Of a DNA stretch of 64,000 nucleotides, positions 27,779 to 39,077 are shown one piece after another. Under the pieces are notes generated by a model. The model worked only from the letters and a program-made list of their open reading frames with translations. It was not told the DNA's origin and did no database searches. This DNA comes from Podarcis pityusensis (taxonomy: Eukaryota): assembly GCA_964106645.2 (NCBI GenBank), contig OZ067047.1; one strand, written 5' to 3'. The stretch's first letter is position 1; the number at the start of each line of letters is the position of its first letter. The position numbers were made by a program, and so were the translations under genes.

Positions 27779-29019
27779 CTGAAAATAAAAATATATAATT
27801 TTAATCATGAGAAAATGCCACCAGCTGGTGCTACCTATTTATATATAGCACTGTCAATGCAGCGCTGTGGCAGAGTGAAAGAAAGAGATGAAGTTTCTGA
27901 TCTGCAGAATTTAAACTCTAAAGAAGGTTTTTACCAATTTCATCAAGGTGAACCTTACTAAGAACCAAACGAGATGTGAAGTGGTAGCTCTGTGTACAGG
28001 ACATCTCGTGATAACAGCAGTCAGCACAAAAGGGAAGAGCTATAACTCAGTAGTACAGCACATGCATTGTTTACAGAAAGCTCCAAGGTCTAAATCCTGG
28101 CAAAAGGATCAGGCAGAAAGATTCTTTTCTGTCCAATGCCCTCAAGTGCCACTGCTTGTTAGAGTAGATAACACTGGCATAGTTGGACAACCATTCTGGC
28201 CTAGCAGCTTCTCCCTTCCAGAATACTTATTTATGCTTCCCAGCAATTAAGTGGGTGCTTAACCATCTCCCACTGTATTGATTTTCTTATTAAAGGCACA
28301 CCTCCACAGCTGCTATTTGTTCCATGACAAAAACCATACGGGTACCTGTATCATACATGGTGAAACCTCCTACACCATCACTGTTGTCCATATTTGAAGT
28401 GTCCCCTTCCAAAGCTGTCATGCCTAGTTTGCCCCTACGTCAGGAGAACAACTGCTTGAATTTTGTTGTAGCAAGGGAAGAAAGGAAGGACTGAGGAGGA
28501 GTTCCTACCTTGCAGATGAGGAATAGAGTAACACAGAGAACGGTAAACTGGTGTTACAGTAAACATACCCAAAAGTATCTATAAACATCGAACTGCAGAT
28601 CTCTACAAAGGAAGCAGCCATACAGAACCACGGTAACTAGGAATGGATTGAGTTGTTCACTTGTCAGGTGGTACAGTCCTCTCACATGGAAAAGCACTTG
28701 ACAGGAGACGCTTCCATGTGAAATGCGCTTGTCAAAATTTGCCGCCTCAGGCTTGAAAACTCTCCTTCCATCTAAGTCAGTTTTGCTGGGGATGCAGTTA
28801 TTCGACAGAAATGCTACAATATGACCAATTCCTATGTGAAAGCTGAGTTGGCCAACTCTGTGAGAATCTCAGTGAAGCAAATGAATGATGAAAGGGGGGA
28901 CGGGGTGGAGTATACCCTGGAGTGCCTACTAATACACTTAGTCCTGGTAAAGACAGATATCAGAAAAGTGAAAGTGGAGGACCATAAAAGTGCCTTAATC
29001 TTTCTTTTATTATGATATA

Positions 29020-29262
29020 CAGTGGTACCTCGGGTTAAGAACTTAATTCGTTCTGGAGGTCTGTTCTTAACCTGAAACTGTTCTTAACCTGAAGCACCAC
29101 TTTAGCTAATGGGGGCCTCCTGCTGCCGCTGCGCCACTGCTGCATGATTTCTGTTCTCATCCTGAAGCAAAGTTCTTAACCCGAGGTAATATTTCTGGGT
29201 TAGCGGAGCCTGAAACCTGAAACGTATGTAACCTAAAGCGTATGTAACCCCAGGTACCACTG
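29020..29262. mobile_element. Tigger/pogo-like MITE
   Basis: CAGTGGTACCTCGGGTTA ... TAACCCCAGGTACCACTG, TA flanks; very similar to the 33089 copy. Confidence 0.88.
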
Positions 29263-29439
29263 TATACACACAGCTGCCAACAACCAAAAGAAGGACTGAC
29301 ACACTAACTATACTGGTGCACACCTCCTGGACTAATTAAGGCCTATTCTTTATAGGATACAGGCAGGAGAAGGACTTCAGTGATAAGACCATATGTTCAC
29401 CATCTCAGGTTCAATCCATTACAAGTTCAGACAAGGTTG

Positions 29440-29552
29440 TCATAGAATCAGAGCTGGAAGGGACCACAAAGGAATCATTTTGCCCAACACAGCCATCGAA
29501 CCCACGACCATGAGATTAAGAGTCTCATACTCTACCAACTGAGCTATCCCGC
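29440..29552 (-). mobile_element. tRNA-Lys(CTT)-derived SINE with CR1-type 3' tail
   Basis: Minus strand GGGATAGCTCAGTTGGTAGAGTATGAGACTCTTAATCTCATGGTCGTGGGTTCGA...GTTGGGC, followed by GGTCCCTTCCAGCTCTGATTCTATGA. Confidence 0.8.
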
Positions 29553-31139
29553 AGGAGGCCAAGGACTCTTGTCCAAAATCCATGGAAAGGTGCTCTCTGT
29601 GGGTTTAAACTCTTTCCCATGTAAGTGGTCCACCTGTATATACTGTATATACTGTCACACCAGTGACAAACGGCATGGATGAGTGTGCTGCTTACTAAAT
29701 TTTTGTCAGTATTTAAATGCAACATGGTGCACACATAACACTTTCATGGGGAGGGGGCTTTATCTATGGCCCGCATCCTATGCATATCTGGCCTCAATCA
29801 CAAAATAAAGAGTCAAGAAAGCACCACATTCACCTCGACAGGCCAGCCTCATGCACCAGATAGAGATGACCTGCTTGAGAAACTGATGCGAGCTTGGTGA
29901 CCACAGAATGATTATAATAATGGGAAGCTTACCTTGCTATTATTTTGATATCATCTTATTTTGGTATGTATTGTTATCTGAATTGCTTCTTAGGGGCAAT
30001 TTCTTTATTAGTCATTTTCAGAAAGTCTTATGAATGAAATGGGGGCCGGTTTCCACACCAACCTATGGTATTTGAACTCTGAAGTCATATCTGTAGGCAC
30101 TGGAACCACTTATGGATGTGATCTTGCACCCAGAAAGACAAACATGAATGTTGCTTTCCACTGGATACAAGATGGTGTATATTGTGTGATGCCTTCTTCC
30201 AGGGAGGGGGGGGGAGGGGACTCGATTGCAGCCTTCATTCCTAAGCTAAGAAAATGGAGGAGGAGACTTCAAGACTCAAGACTTCAATGCATTTTGATTC
30301 TTACATGGTAGTGCATAAGTGAAGAGGCTGAACCTCACAAGAAATAGGCCCCTCTTCCATTAATTCCTAATTACTGCTGGATTCTCATCCCCAAGTGTTT
30401 AAAGTAATTAAAGTGGGAATGAAAGAGGAAAGAGAGATAAGACTTGACATGCCTGAATGAAGCATGAATTTTCAGTGCTTATTATTCATTTTTTGCTCTT
30501 TATTCTAACGCAGAAATGGTACTTAAAAAATATTCTGGCCAAGAGCGCTACTGCTTGCTACTATTTACCAAGTCATTCTCATTACGGATGTCAAAAGAGA
30601 CAACTTAATTTATTCTCTAAGGTGATAAACTAATTAATACATATTTAGTCAAGCAGTACAAAAACTGTTAATCGGTATATGTCACAAGCAAAATATTCAA
30701 GGAAAAATTAGAAAGTCTCACACTACTTTGAATGCTTTCACATGAGTCATTAAGTTGCATAGATGCACAAAGTTTCTTACACTAGATAGTGGCTGGATTT
30801 CAGGTGAGTGCAATCTGCTTTTTTCTCATTTTTGAACCAGACTTCCAGGGTCCATCAGTCAGGACCAACCAGAAAATGTAAAAACAATTCTGGAGTATGA
30901 CACTTGAAGAAACCTTCAGAGCTCAATTCTATGCATGCTTACACAGAAATCAGTGGCACCAAATTCCATGGAACTCTCAAATCAGTGAGCAATCAGACAT
31001 ACAGCTCTATCCCAAGCAGATTTACTTGGAAATAAGCACCACTTCCTTGAATGGATCACACTTCCTCTTAGGAACACAGCCTTAGTTTCAGACATGGAGA
31101 CTGAAATTCTCTAATTCTGATTTCAGTCTTTCATACTTT

Positions 31140-31430
31140 GAAAGGTAGACACACACTCAACAACCTGACCATGGTATTCAACGCCAGCTGCAGCTTCCTG
31201 ATCAGACCCAAAGGAAGCCCTATATAGAGCACATTACAGTAGTCCAGCTGTGAGGACACCAACACATGAACTGCAGTGGTCAAGCTATTCTTGTCCAGGA
31301 AAGGGTGTAGTTGGCATACCAACCTAAGATAATGGGCAGTCGTTCGCACAGAGTTTTCCTGAGTCTCTCATAGCAAGAATGGACCTAGGGGCACCTCCAA
31401 ACTTGTCCCTTCAGAGAGATTGCAACCTTG
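31140..31430 (-). mobile_element. L2 LINE ORF2 fragment
   Basis: Peptide LHPFLDKNSLTTAVHVLVSSQLDYCNVLYIGLP...LQLALNTMVRLL. Confidence 0.8.
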
Positions 31431-32404
31431 CCCAGAAATGAAGAATTCCTTAACTCCTGAATATGGGAACCCATCAAATTGCAAGCAGTACTGAAATTCA
31501 GAAGTGCCCCAAAGCAGTCCCTACTAGGTAAAGTTAATAAATGATACCTTCCCATCTCTTGAGGTTATTCCTGTGGTCAGATATAAAATGCACAACCGAT
31601 AAACTCCAAAAAAGCTTATTTCTCAATGGAATGAATCTGACAGGTAGGTATTGAAATTTCACACCACGCCTGTAAGAAACAGGTTTTTGTTTGCCACCAT
31701 TTAAAACACATCTGCCATCTACCAACTGGAACAAAATAAACCTAGAGGGAATGGTGTGCACAACAAAACGAAAACTTTGTTTGTAATCTCTTTCTCATTT
31801 AATTATCATTCATTCCAATGTGCTAAGATCATTATAGCACACACATTCCTTCTGTTTTTTGGCCACTAGTAAAACAAGGAACACATCTACCATTAATGTT
31901 AAGAAGAGGATCGAATTCAGTCTTACACATTTTTTGACTCACAAAACCAAACACCTGTCAAGAATGGGGGACCAGAATTGTTTTTACAGGGGCAGATTGA
32001 CCAGATGCCCCACCACAAGGGTGATGCTAAACTTTTAGGCCCAGATTTTTAAGCCATACATTGGGAGCTGGGGCAAGATAAGATACCCCAAGATTGGTGG
32101 CAAACGAATTTCCCTGAAGCATTTTTGTTTCCAGGGGGCTGGCCCAACTTAGCCTCAGACACATCAATAACAAGAGATGACTGAGCGTTTTTCATTCTCT
32201 CTCTGCCTCTGCCTCTCCTTTCCCCATGACTTTAAAAAGACAAAAGAAAGATGGTGCATACCTTAGGGAGCATCACTATAATATCTATTTTGGGGGCCAA
32301 CCCACCCAGAAAATGTGTTTCAAATCATATGGTGCTTATAGTGGTCACATCAAACAAGAAGAGCATTGTGTGTTATGTGAGGGTCTGGGGAAGCAAACAC
32401 TTAC

Positions 32405-32788
32405 CCGCTGTTGATGTCATCAGCACGGAGGCTCTTCCCAAGAATGTCCCCATCACTCATGTATCCTCCGACATCAACATCAGAGGAAATGTCCAGATCG
32501 CTACTTCCTTTTTCACTCATGTCTATCTGGGGTATGTTCCCAAGGCGAGAAACAGCTGCACGGCGAAGAGGCGTGGTATACATGAACCGAGAAGGGTCAG
32601 TATGGATAAAGCGACTAGCACCACTGCGAGGATACCCTCCACCCAGGGAAGGAGCATCGCCTGCCTGGAGACGAGGACTAGCTTGTCCAAGCCTCCAGGT
32701 CACTGGAGAGGATCGGCTTGTCAAGCCTGGGATACTTCGCCCATTCACTTCGGTCGTCACAGTACTGTCAAATGTTGTTTCCAATGTG
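32405..32788 (-). CDS. NAV3: NAV3 coding exon (~exon 11), 384 nt: TLETTFDSTVTTEVNGR...GGYMSDGDILGKSLRADDINSG
   Basis: Inside ORF 32401..32907; acceptor cacag|C, donor CGG|gtaagt; phase 2 to 2. Confidence 0.97.
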
Positions 32789-33088
32789 CTGTGAAGCAAA
32801 ACAAAAACTGATGAACTGTGCTTTCTATACTTCTGAGCATAGGGAGGGGAGAGACAGTAAAAGTCAAAGCACAGAACAAAAATGAAGTTTATATTTAAGG
32901 CCATCACAGTCTGATGCGTTCATTTTCCTACAAGAACAAATCCTTTATTCAACACTTTCAAAGAAAGGATACTTTTTTGTTTCATCATTTTACTGCAGGT
33001 GGATTTTGAGAAGAAAGCAAGTGAATAAGTGTGGAAAATTAAAATGCAACATCTCAGTGGAAAATGAGGGTCTTTCATACACAACATA

Positions 33089-33292
33089 CAGTGGTACCTC
33101 GGGTTAAGTACTTAATTCGTTCCGAGGTTCTTAGCCTGAAGCACCACTTTAGCTAATGGGGCCTCCTGCTGCTGCCGCGCCACCGGAGCACGATTTCTGT
33201 TCTCATCCTGAAGCAAAGTTCTTAACCCGAGGTAATATTTCTGGGATAGCGGAGTCTGTAACCTGAAGCGTATGTAACCTGAGGTACCACTG
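33089..33292. mobile_element. Tigger/pogo-like MITE
   Basis: Same family and orientation as the 29020 copy, with internal deletions; TA flanks. Confidence 0.88.
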
Positions 33293-34204
33293 TATACAGA
33301 AGTTGCAGCTAATCTCATGGTGGCATTTTAGACAGCTTATCCATTTTTAGCATTTCGGCTGTAAATGAAAATGTTTTGTGGTTTAGATGGACAGTGGCCT
33401 TGACTGGATAATCCCAGTTTCTGATCTGTCCCATATCTTTCTTTCCTGCCAATCTGTCATTACTGCTGTACTATTGCATCTCTCAATATCCATAGGACAT
33501 ATGTTCATTTAGCATATGACCTATACTCGCAAAATCCAACATACACGGGCCCATTTTGTGCAATTAGTATTTAGAAAAATATATGAGAGAATTGTCTACA
33601 TGGTTTGGGTCTATGTCTGTTGGATTTTACACATATAGGACCTGTTAAAACTAATTCACTGAATTAGGGCATGGAGTTTGGAAGAAGAACATGAAAGCCC
33701 CACCACGAAAGTGGTGTGTGTGTGTGTGTTCAACTCATCAGGAGGAAGGGTCATAGTTCAGAAGTAGAACACATATTCTGATGTAGAAAGTCTTGGGTTC
33801 TCCAGACAGGACTTGGGCAGACCCGTTGCTGAAACCTTGAAAAGTTCAGGTGTAGACAATACTGAGCTAGAAGGACCAGGGTCTGACTTGATAAAAGGGA
33901 GAGTCCTCGGTACTTAAATCCCAGGATAAAGAGAGATGGGGGAAGAATGACAGGTGAGTAGGGAGCAAAGGTGTGCTCTTGCTCCTCTCTGTGAGCGTGG
34001 GCTGAATTGCGTATTGACAGGCATTGCCCAATCTGACACATTTCATTCATGGAATTTAAGGAGACTGCTACTTAACTGGATAGCACTGGCAATAAGAAAA
34101 CTGGCAAAAATGAAACTGGGTGCACATCTTCAAGGTTTCTCCTTGCAAAACCCATACACTTTCTGCTTCAACCCGTATATATTTAACCAATTGTGAAATA
34201 GTAC

Positions 34205-34313
34205 CTGTGGCTTATTTGAGTTCCCCTAAGGCTCGACATAGTTTCTTCCAAGTTCTGCCTCAGATCTGCTATATTCTTTACAGTTCTCATTCTTCTAGCT
34301 TCAGGATCTTCCC
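34205..34313 (-). CDS. NAV3: NAV3 coding exon (~exon 10), 109 nt: EDPEARRMRTVKNIADLRQNLEETMSSLRGTQISHS (coiled-coil segment)
   Basis: Acceptor ttgcag|GG, donor CAG|gtacta; phase 1 to 2. Confidence 0.96.
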
Positions 34314-34870
34314 CTGCAACAAAACAGCGTATATAGCTAACAATATACTGCACATGCAAAAATATCAGAAGAGATCATCATCATTCCAATAACATATCTC
34401 TGAATCTTCTCAAATATGAAACAGACAATGACTTCTAGCATGCAAAGTTATTTCATAACAGCAAATTAGCTGATGCTCTGTATGGGGGCAGGGTGGGGGT
34501 GGCAAAAAAACAACAGCAGAGGTGCCTGTACTCACACCTTGAGAAAGTGTAAAGTGCCTTTCCCCTCTTCCTGCACCCCCTCTACCCACGTTTCCATTGA
34601 ATTTGTAAGGAACCTTTAATTGATAATAAAAATCAAAACTACATTTTTTTTTAAAAAAAATCAAGATTTATAGATAATTTTGAAGGCTTTTGTTAAAAAG
34701 AATTAAAAATTAACACTGCTGTCAATCACAAAATGCCCAGTGTGGAGTGTATGATGTGGCACACAGTATTAGCCATGCAGGTATGGCATAGCACAACATT
34801 AGACGTGCTTGCCTGCTGGGTTTTTTTGTGGCAGTCACGCAATATTGATTTTACACACCCACACAAACCC

Positions 34871-34890
34871 AGAGAGAGAGAGAGAGAGAC

Positions 34891-34926
<36 letters not shown>
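34871..34926. repeat. (GA)n microsatellite, interrupted
   Basis: Direct reading. Confidence 0.95.
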
Positions 34927-35259
34927 CTTGTTGTCCGCAAACCACAGGGAACATAACCTGGTTCCAGGGAAAATATACAAGGTGACCAACCACATTCTCT
35001 TCTGCATGGGCATGAACCTTTTTGCTCTGCCATTAAGTGCTCAACAGAGGGAAGAAAGCAGAGAATATGTGAGAGGACTCCGTGCGCCAAGGCCAGCTCA
35101 TAAATATTGGAGAAGACATGATTTTCAGTACATATTTAAATGACCTTCATAAAATAAAATGATAGGGATGCTGACAGAGCGTGCAAATAATGGGTTTGTA
35201 ATGTAATGTTTAACCTGCTTATAAGCCTCATTTCTGGCTCCTTGCTTGGTTCTGAACTC

Positions 35260-35502
35260 CAGTGGCAGAGCATCATGCTCCGGCACCAGGGGGCGGAGAG
35301 CATGCGGGGGCAGGACTGGCGCGCGTCCCAGGAATGTGATGCACCACCTGTAGGGGCGTGGCATGCGTCCTGGGGGCATGGTGTGCCGCCCGTAGGGGCA
35401 TGGCGCCCGGCACGGGCAGGGGGGCAGCTGCGATGGCACCCTGCCGGGATCGCGCTGCTGGGGGAGGTGCGCTCCCACAGCATGCCTCTTCCTCCGCTAG
35501 TG
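35260..35502. mobile_element. GC-rich hAT MITE
   Basis: Ends CAGTGGCAGAG / CTCCGCTAGTG; perfect TSD CTGAACTC; internal GTAGGGGCRTGGC repeats. Confidence 0.8.
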
Positions 35503-36227
35503 CTGAACTCACAGATGATGGGGAGGGTTCTGCAGCTTTCAGGGCTTCAATGGAGCAAACGTAAGCAAGGATGTGAAGAACTTTCCTAAATCATATGAAA
35601 ACATGCCTGCACACATGCAAGGGTCAAACATGCTTAGAACACTAAAAAGAAAAGCAAAAAAGCTAATCTTTTTAGGAATTCATACTTCTGACAATTCAGC
35701 TGCATACTGAGCTATAATGAGTTCACATCTCTAGGAATTATGCCTCTCAAGATACCACAAAAGCATCAGCTTCTCTTTCTCCTGAGGATTGGTCCCTAGC
35801 TATTCTTGCTTAATGCCAAAAGAGAGCCAAGAAAGATGCCTGTTGATTTTCAAATTCAACATCCCAACAGCTTTTGTGTGTAGAGATGCTCATATAGTGT
35901 GAAATATTATTGTTGTTTATCATTGTTATGATGCTTGGTTATAACTAACCTGCCACAAGAGTCAAATTTATTTGTGATCATGCACAGGAAAACCAGCTGT
36001 GTTTTTATAGCAACAAAAAGTAGAGAATGGAGTTGGTGCAAAGTATCTCTACAAGAAGAAGAATCTTATTAACTTCTGTATGAATAAATCAGAAGTTCAT
36101 TACATATCACTATGTACACGGAAAATCAGAATAATTTGTGGGTGTTTAGATGACCGGAGGCAGGGATTTTACGCCAGTACTCATATTAATACATCATACA
36201 CTTAGCGACTAAGAGTCTTCCCTAAGT

Positions 36228-36366
36228 CAGGTGTGGGAAACTTCTGTCCCTCTAGATATTGCTGAACTACAAATCCCATCTTCCCTGGCCATGGGCCATG
36301 CTGCCTGGGGTGGATGGGAGCTGCAGTTCAGCAACATATGTCGGGGCCAAAGGTTCTCTATTCCTG
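36228..36366. mobile_element. Older palindromic hAT MITE
   Basis: Diverged version of the same hairpin body; TSD CCCTAAGT/TCCTATGT. Confidence 0.65.
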
Positions 36367-36504
36367 TCCTATGTCCAAACATCTTCACATAGAGACAATG
36401 TGAGCATTATTGATTAGTCAGAAGGGTCCAGAAGGCCGAAAGGTAGATCAAGAGTAATATTGCTAATCAAATAAATAAAACAAATACAAAAGAAAAATGT
36501 GTAT

Positions 36505-37330
36505 ATTATTATTAAATTTGTATACCACCCTCCCTCCGTAGATCCCAGAGTGGCTGGCAACAGAAAAATACAAAAAGAGAACACAAAATACATAATCAAA
36601 AAACAACAAAAACAAACCAATAACCCCTCCCACAAACACATTTGAAAGGACTTAGAATGTTAATCAGCCAAAGGTATGGTTGAAGAGGAACATTTTTGCC
36701 TGGGGCCTAAAGATATGTAATGAAGGGGCCAGAAATGCCTCTCTTGGGAGAGTACTCCACAAACAGGGAGCCACCACAGAAAAGATCCGTTCTCATGTTG
36801 GCACCCTCTGGACCTCTCGTGGACAAGGCACACAAAGAAGTGTCTCAGATGAGGATCACAAGGTCCAGATCGGTTCATATAGGGAGAGGTGCTCCTTGAG
36901 GTTTTGTGGATCTGAGCCAGAGTCAAAACCAACACTTTGAATTACTGGCAGCCAGTGCAGCTGGGCAACGATTGGTGTAATATGTTCAAACTGCCTTGCC
37001 CCAATGAGCAACCTGGCCACTGAATTCTGCACCAGCTGAAGCTTCTGAACCATCTTCAGAGACAGCACTATGTATAATGTTGTTGCAGTGAGTTATCAGA
37101 GCATAGATGACAAATGTTAGGTCATCTCTGTCCAGAGAGGGGCACAGCTGGCCATCAGCCGAAGCTGATGGAAGACACTCAGTGCCACTGAGGCCACCTG
37201 AACCTCAAGCAACAGCAAGGATCCAGAGGTACCCCAAAACTATGTACCCACTGCCTTCAAGAGCAGCCAACCCCCACATCCATCTGGCTTAGAGAACCAC
37301 CTGCTAACCGTGTCTCAGTCTCATCTGAAA
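36505..37330 (-). mobile_element. L2 LINE 3' fragment
   Basis: Degenerate ORF2 peptide LQLVQNSVARLL...HITPIVAQLHWLPV plus an L2-type tail near 36505-36560. Confidence 0.85.
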
Positions 37331-37756
37331 TGTGCTTTAGTTTGTTGGATATAATCCAGTCCATTACCGAAGCAATCCAAATATGTTACAATTGTCCAGT
37401 TTGGAAGTAGTGCTAAACAATAGCCTGGGTAGCATTAGGATCATGTGGTTCTGTCTGTTCTCTCCTTTTCCAGTATAGATGCAAGGAGGAGATTTTATTT
37501 TTTTTAAGGAATTGGATGCTTCCAATCACCATTTGCTGCTTCTTGGTTAGTGATTCCTGGTTTGTTTCACTAAACTACCATTTCAACTAGAGCTGTGGAA
37601 AAACAGATTTTCAAAATTATCCAATCTCTCTTTGTGGGCACATAAATTTGGGCAAACATGTCACAGAATTTTTCCAGTGGGCAACTTGGCTGTCAGTTTG
37701 CTTCCCCACAATACTCCAGATCAGTGTCATTCAAGGGGGCTTGGGGACGCCACCAC

Positions 37757-37785
<29 letters not shown>
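37757..37785. repeat. (CA)n microsatellite
   Basis: Direct reading. Confidence 0.95.
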
Positions 37786-37788
<3 letters not shown>

Positions 37789-38736
37789 TGTAAAACATTC
37801 TTGGAAGTGTATGCAAACAGGCCTCCTATTCCTAGGAAATGTTTTCTGTGAATTTTCAGAACACCTCTAGTTTAAACTATTGGTTGCCCTTTATATTCAC
37901 GACGAACTGCAGCTAGTTTTGAAACAGAAGCAGATGTTTCACATAGTCCTTTCACTGCCAATGTGGAGAATAGCGAAAGATGGAGCGTGTGAACATAAGA
38001 CTCACCCAGGCTCATTCCAGCGCTGCTAAATTATGGTTTAGTATTATGTCCCATCTTACCCATTAAACAGTAATAAACAAGCCCAGGACAAAATAGACGA
38101 TTGTTACTTTAATTATCTGGATCCTGGGAGTGAGAGAGAGAACCTTAAGCACCTTTATTGTTTAAAGGTACTAGACCAACAAGTTTCTCCTCTCTTCTAT
38201 GGTACAAGGCAGCAACCAAATGGCAGCAATCAGAACATCAGAAAGCAGAAAGGATTTAACTGAGTTCCGAACTGCATGAGTTGCATTTTCAGCATTTATG
38301 ATGCCATGTCAATCCCAGGGTTCCTCTCTGATCATTTGTGCTCCTGGACAAAAACAGAATATAATCTTTATAAATAATTAAGTTGCTTCAGCGTAGCTAA
38401 CATTAACAGTACCCCATACTTCGTGCTTCTGTTATGAAAGTTACATTTGTCACATTAAGGACTGCAAGCAAGGGAGAATGGGGCTGGTTGAAAGCACCCT
38501 GCAAATGAAAAGTAACATTCCACACATCAGGCATACATGTCAGAAAGAAGAACAGGTAAAGTCTGGATTGAATGGATCTATAAGGTGCATGAGCTAGCAG
38601 GTAAGTTAATAAATCAAGCCAGTCACCAAGAACCAGTTACTTATGCCCACTAGCCTATTTCAGATCCTGCATCCATTCTGGTTTCTGCAGTTTCATGACC
38701 AGGAGCATTCTTCCTGTACAGCTAGCATCCACTTAG

Positions 38737-39077
38737 GTAAAGCGACCCCTGACCATTAGGTCCAGTCGTGAACGACTCTGGGGTTGCAGCGCTCATCTCG
38801 CTTTACTGGCCGAGGGAGCCGACATACAGCTTCTGGGTCATGTGGCCAGCATGATTAAGCCATTTCTGGCGAACCAGAGCAGCACACGGAAATGCCGTTT
38901 ACCTTCCCACCGGAGCAGTATCTATTTATGTACTTGCACTTTGTGCTTTCGAACTGCTAGGTTGGCAGAAGCAGGGACCGAGCAACGGGAGCTCACCCCG
39001 TCATGGGGATTCGAACCACCGACCTTCTGATTGGCAAGCCCAGCAGCTCAGTGGTTTAACCCACAGCGCCACCCACG
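38737..39077 (-). mobile_element. Sauria SINE, full length, with TSD
   Basis: Same body as the 26166 copy; B-box-like ggattcgaacc; TSD TCCACTTAG at 38728-38736 and 39078-39086. Confidence 0.9.

Noticed and set aside
29480-29552. Functional tRNA-Lys gene
   Set aside because: T and acceptor stems are disrupted and it is fused to a CR1 tail, so it is a SINE.
29927-29965. Strong donor-like AAG|gtaagc in the 27779-32404 intron
   Set aside because: Stop codon in the compatible frame and no clear acceptor or promoter; at most a non-coding exon, unsupported.
32251-32811. Plus-strand ORFs of 186 and 127 aa
   Set aside because: Antisense shadows of the NAV3 exon at 32405-32788.
35125-35589. Cluster of overlapping GC-rich ORFs resembling a CpG-island gene start
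   Set aside because: Explained by the GC-rich hAT MITE 35260-35502 with a perfect TSD.
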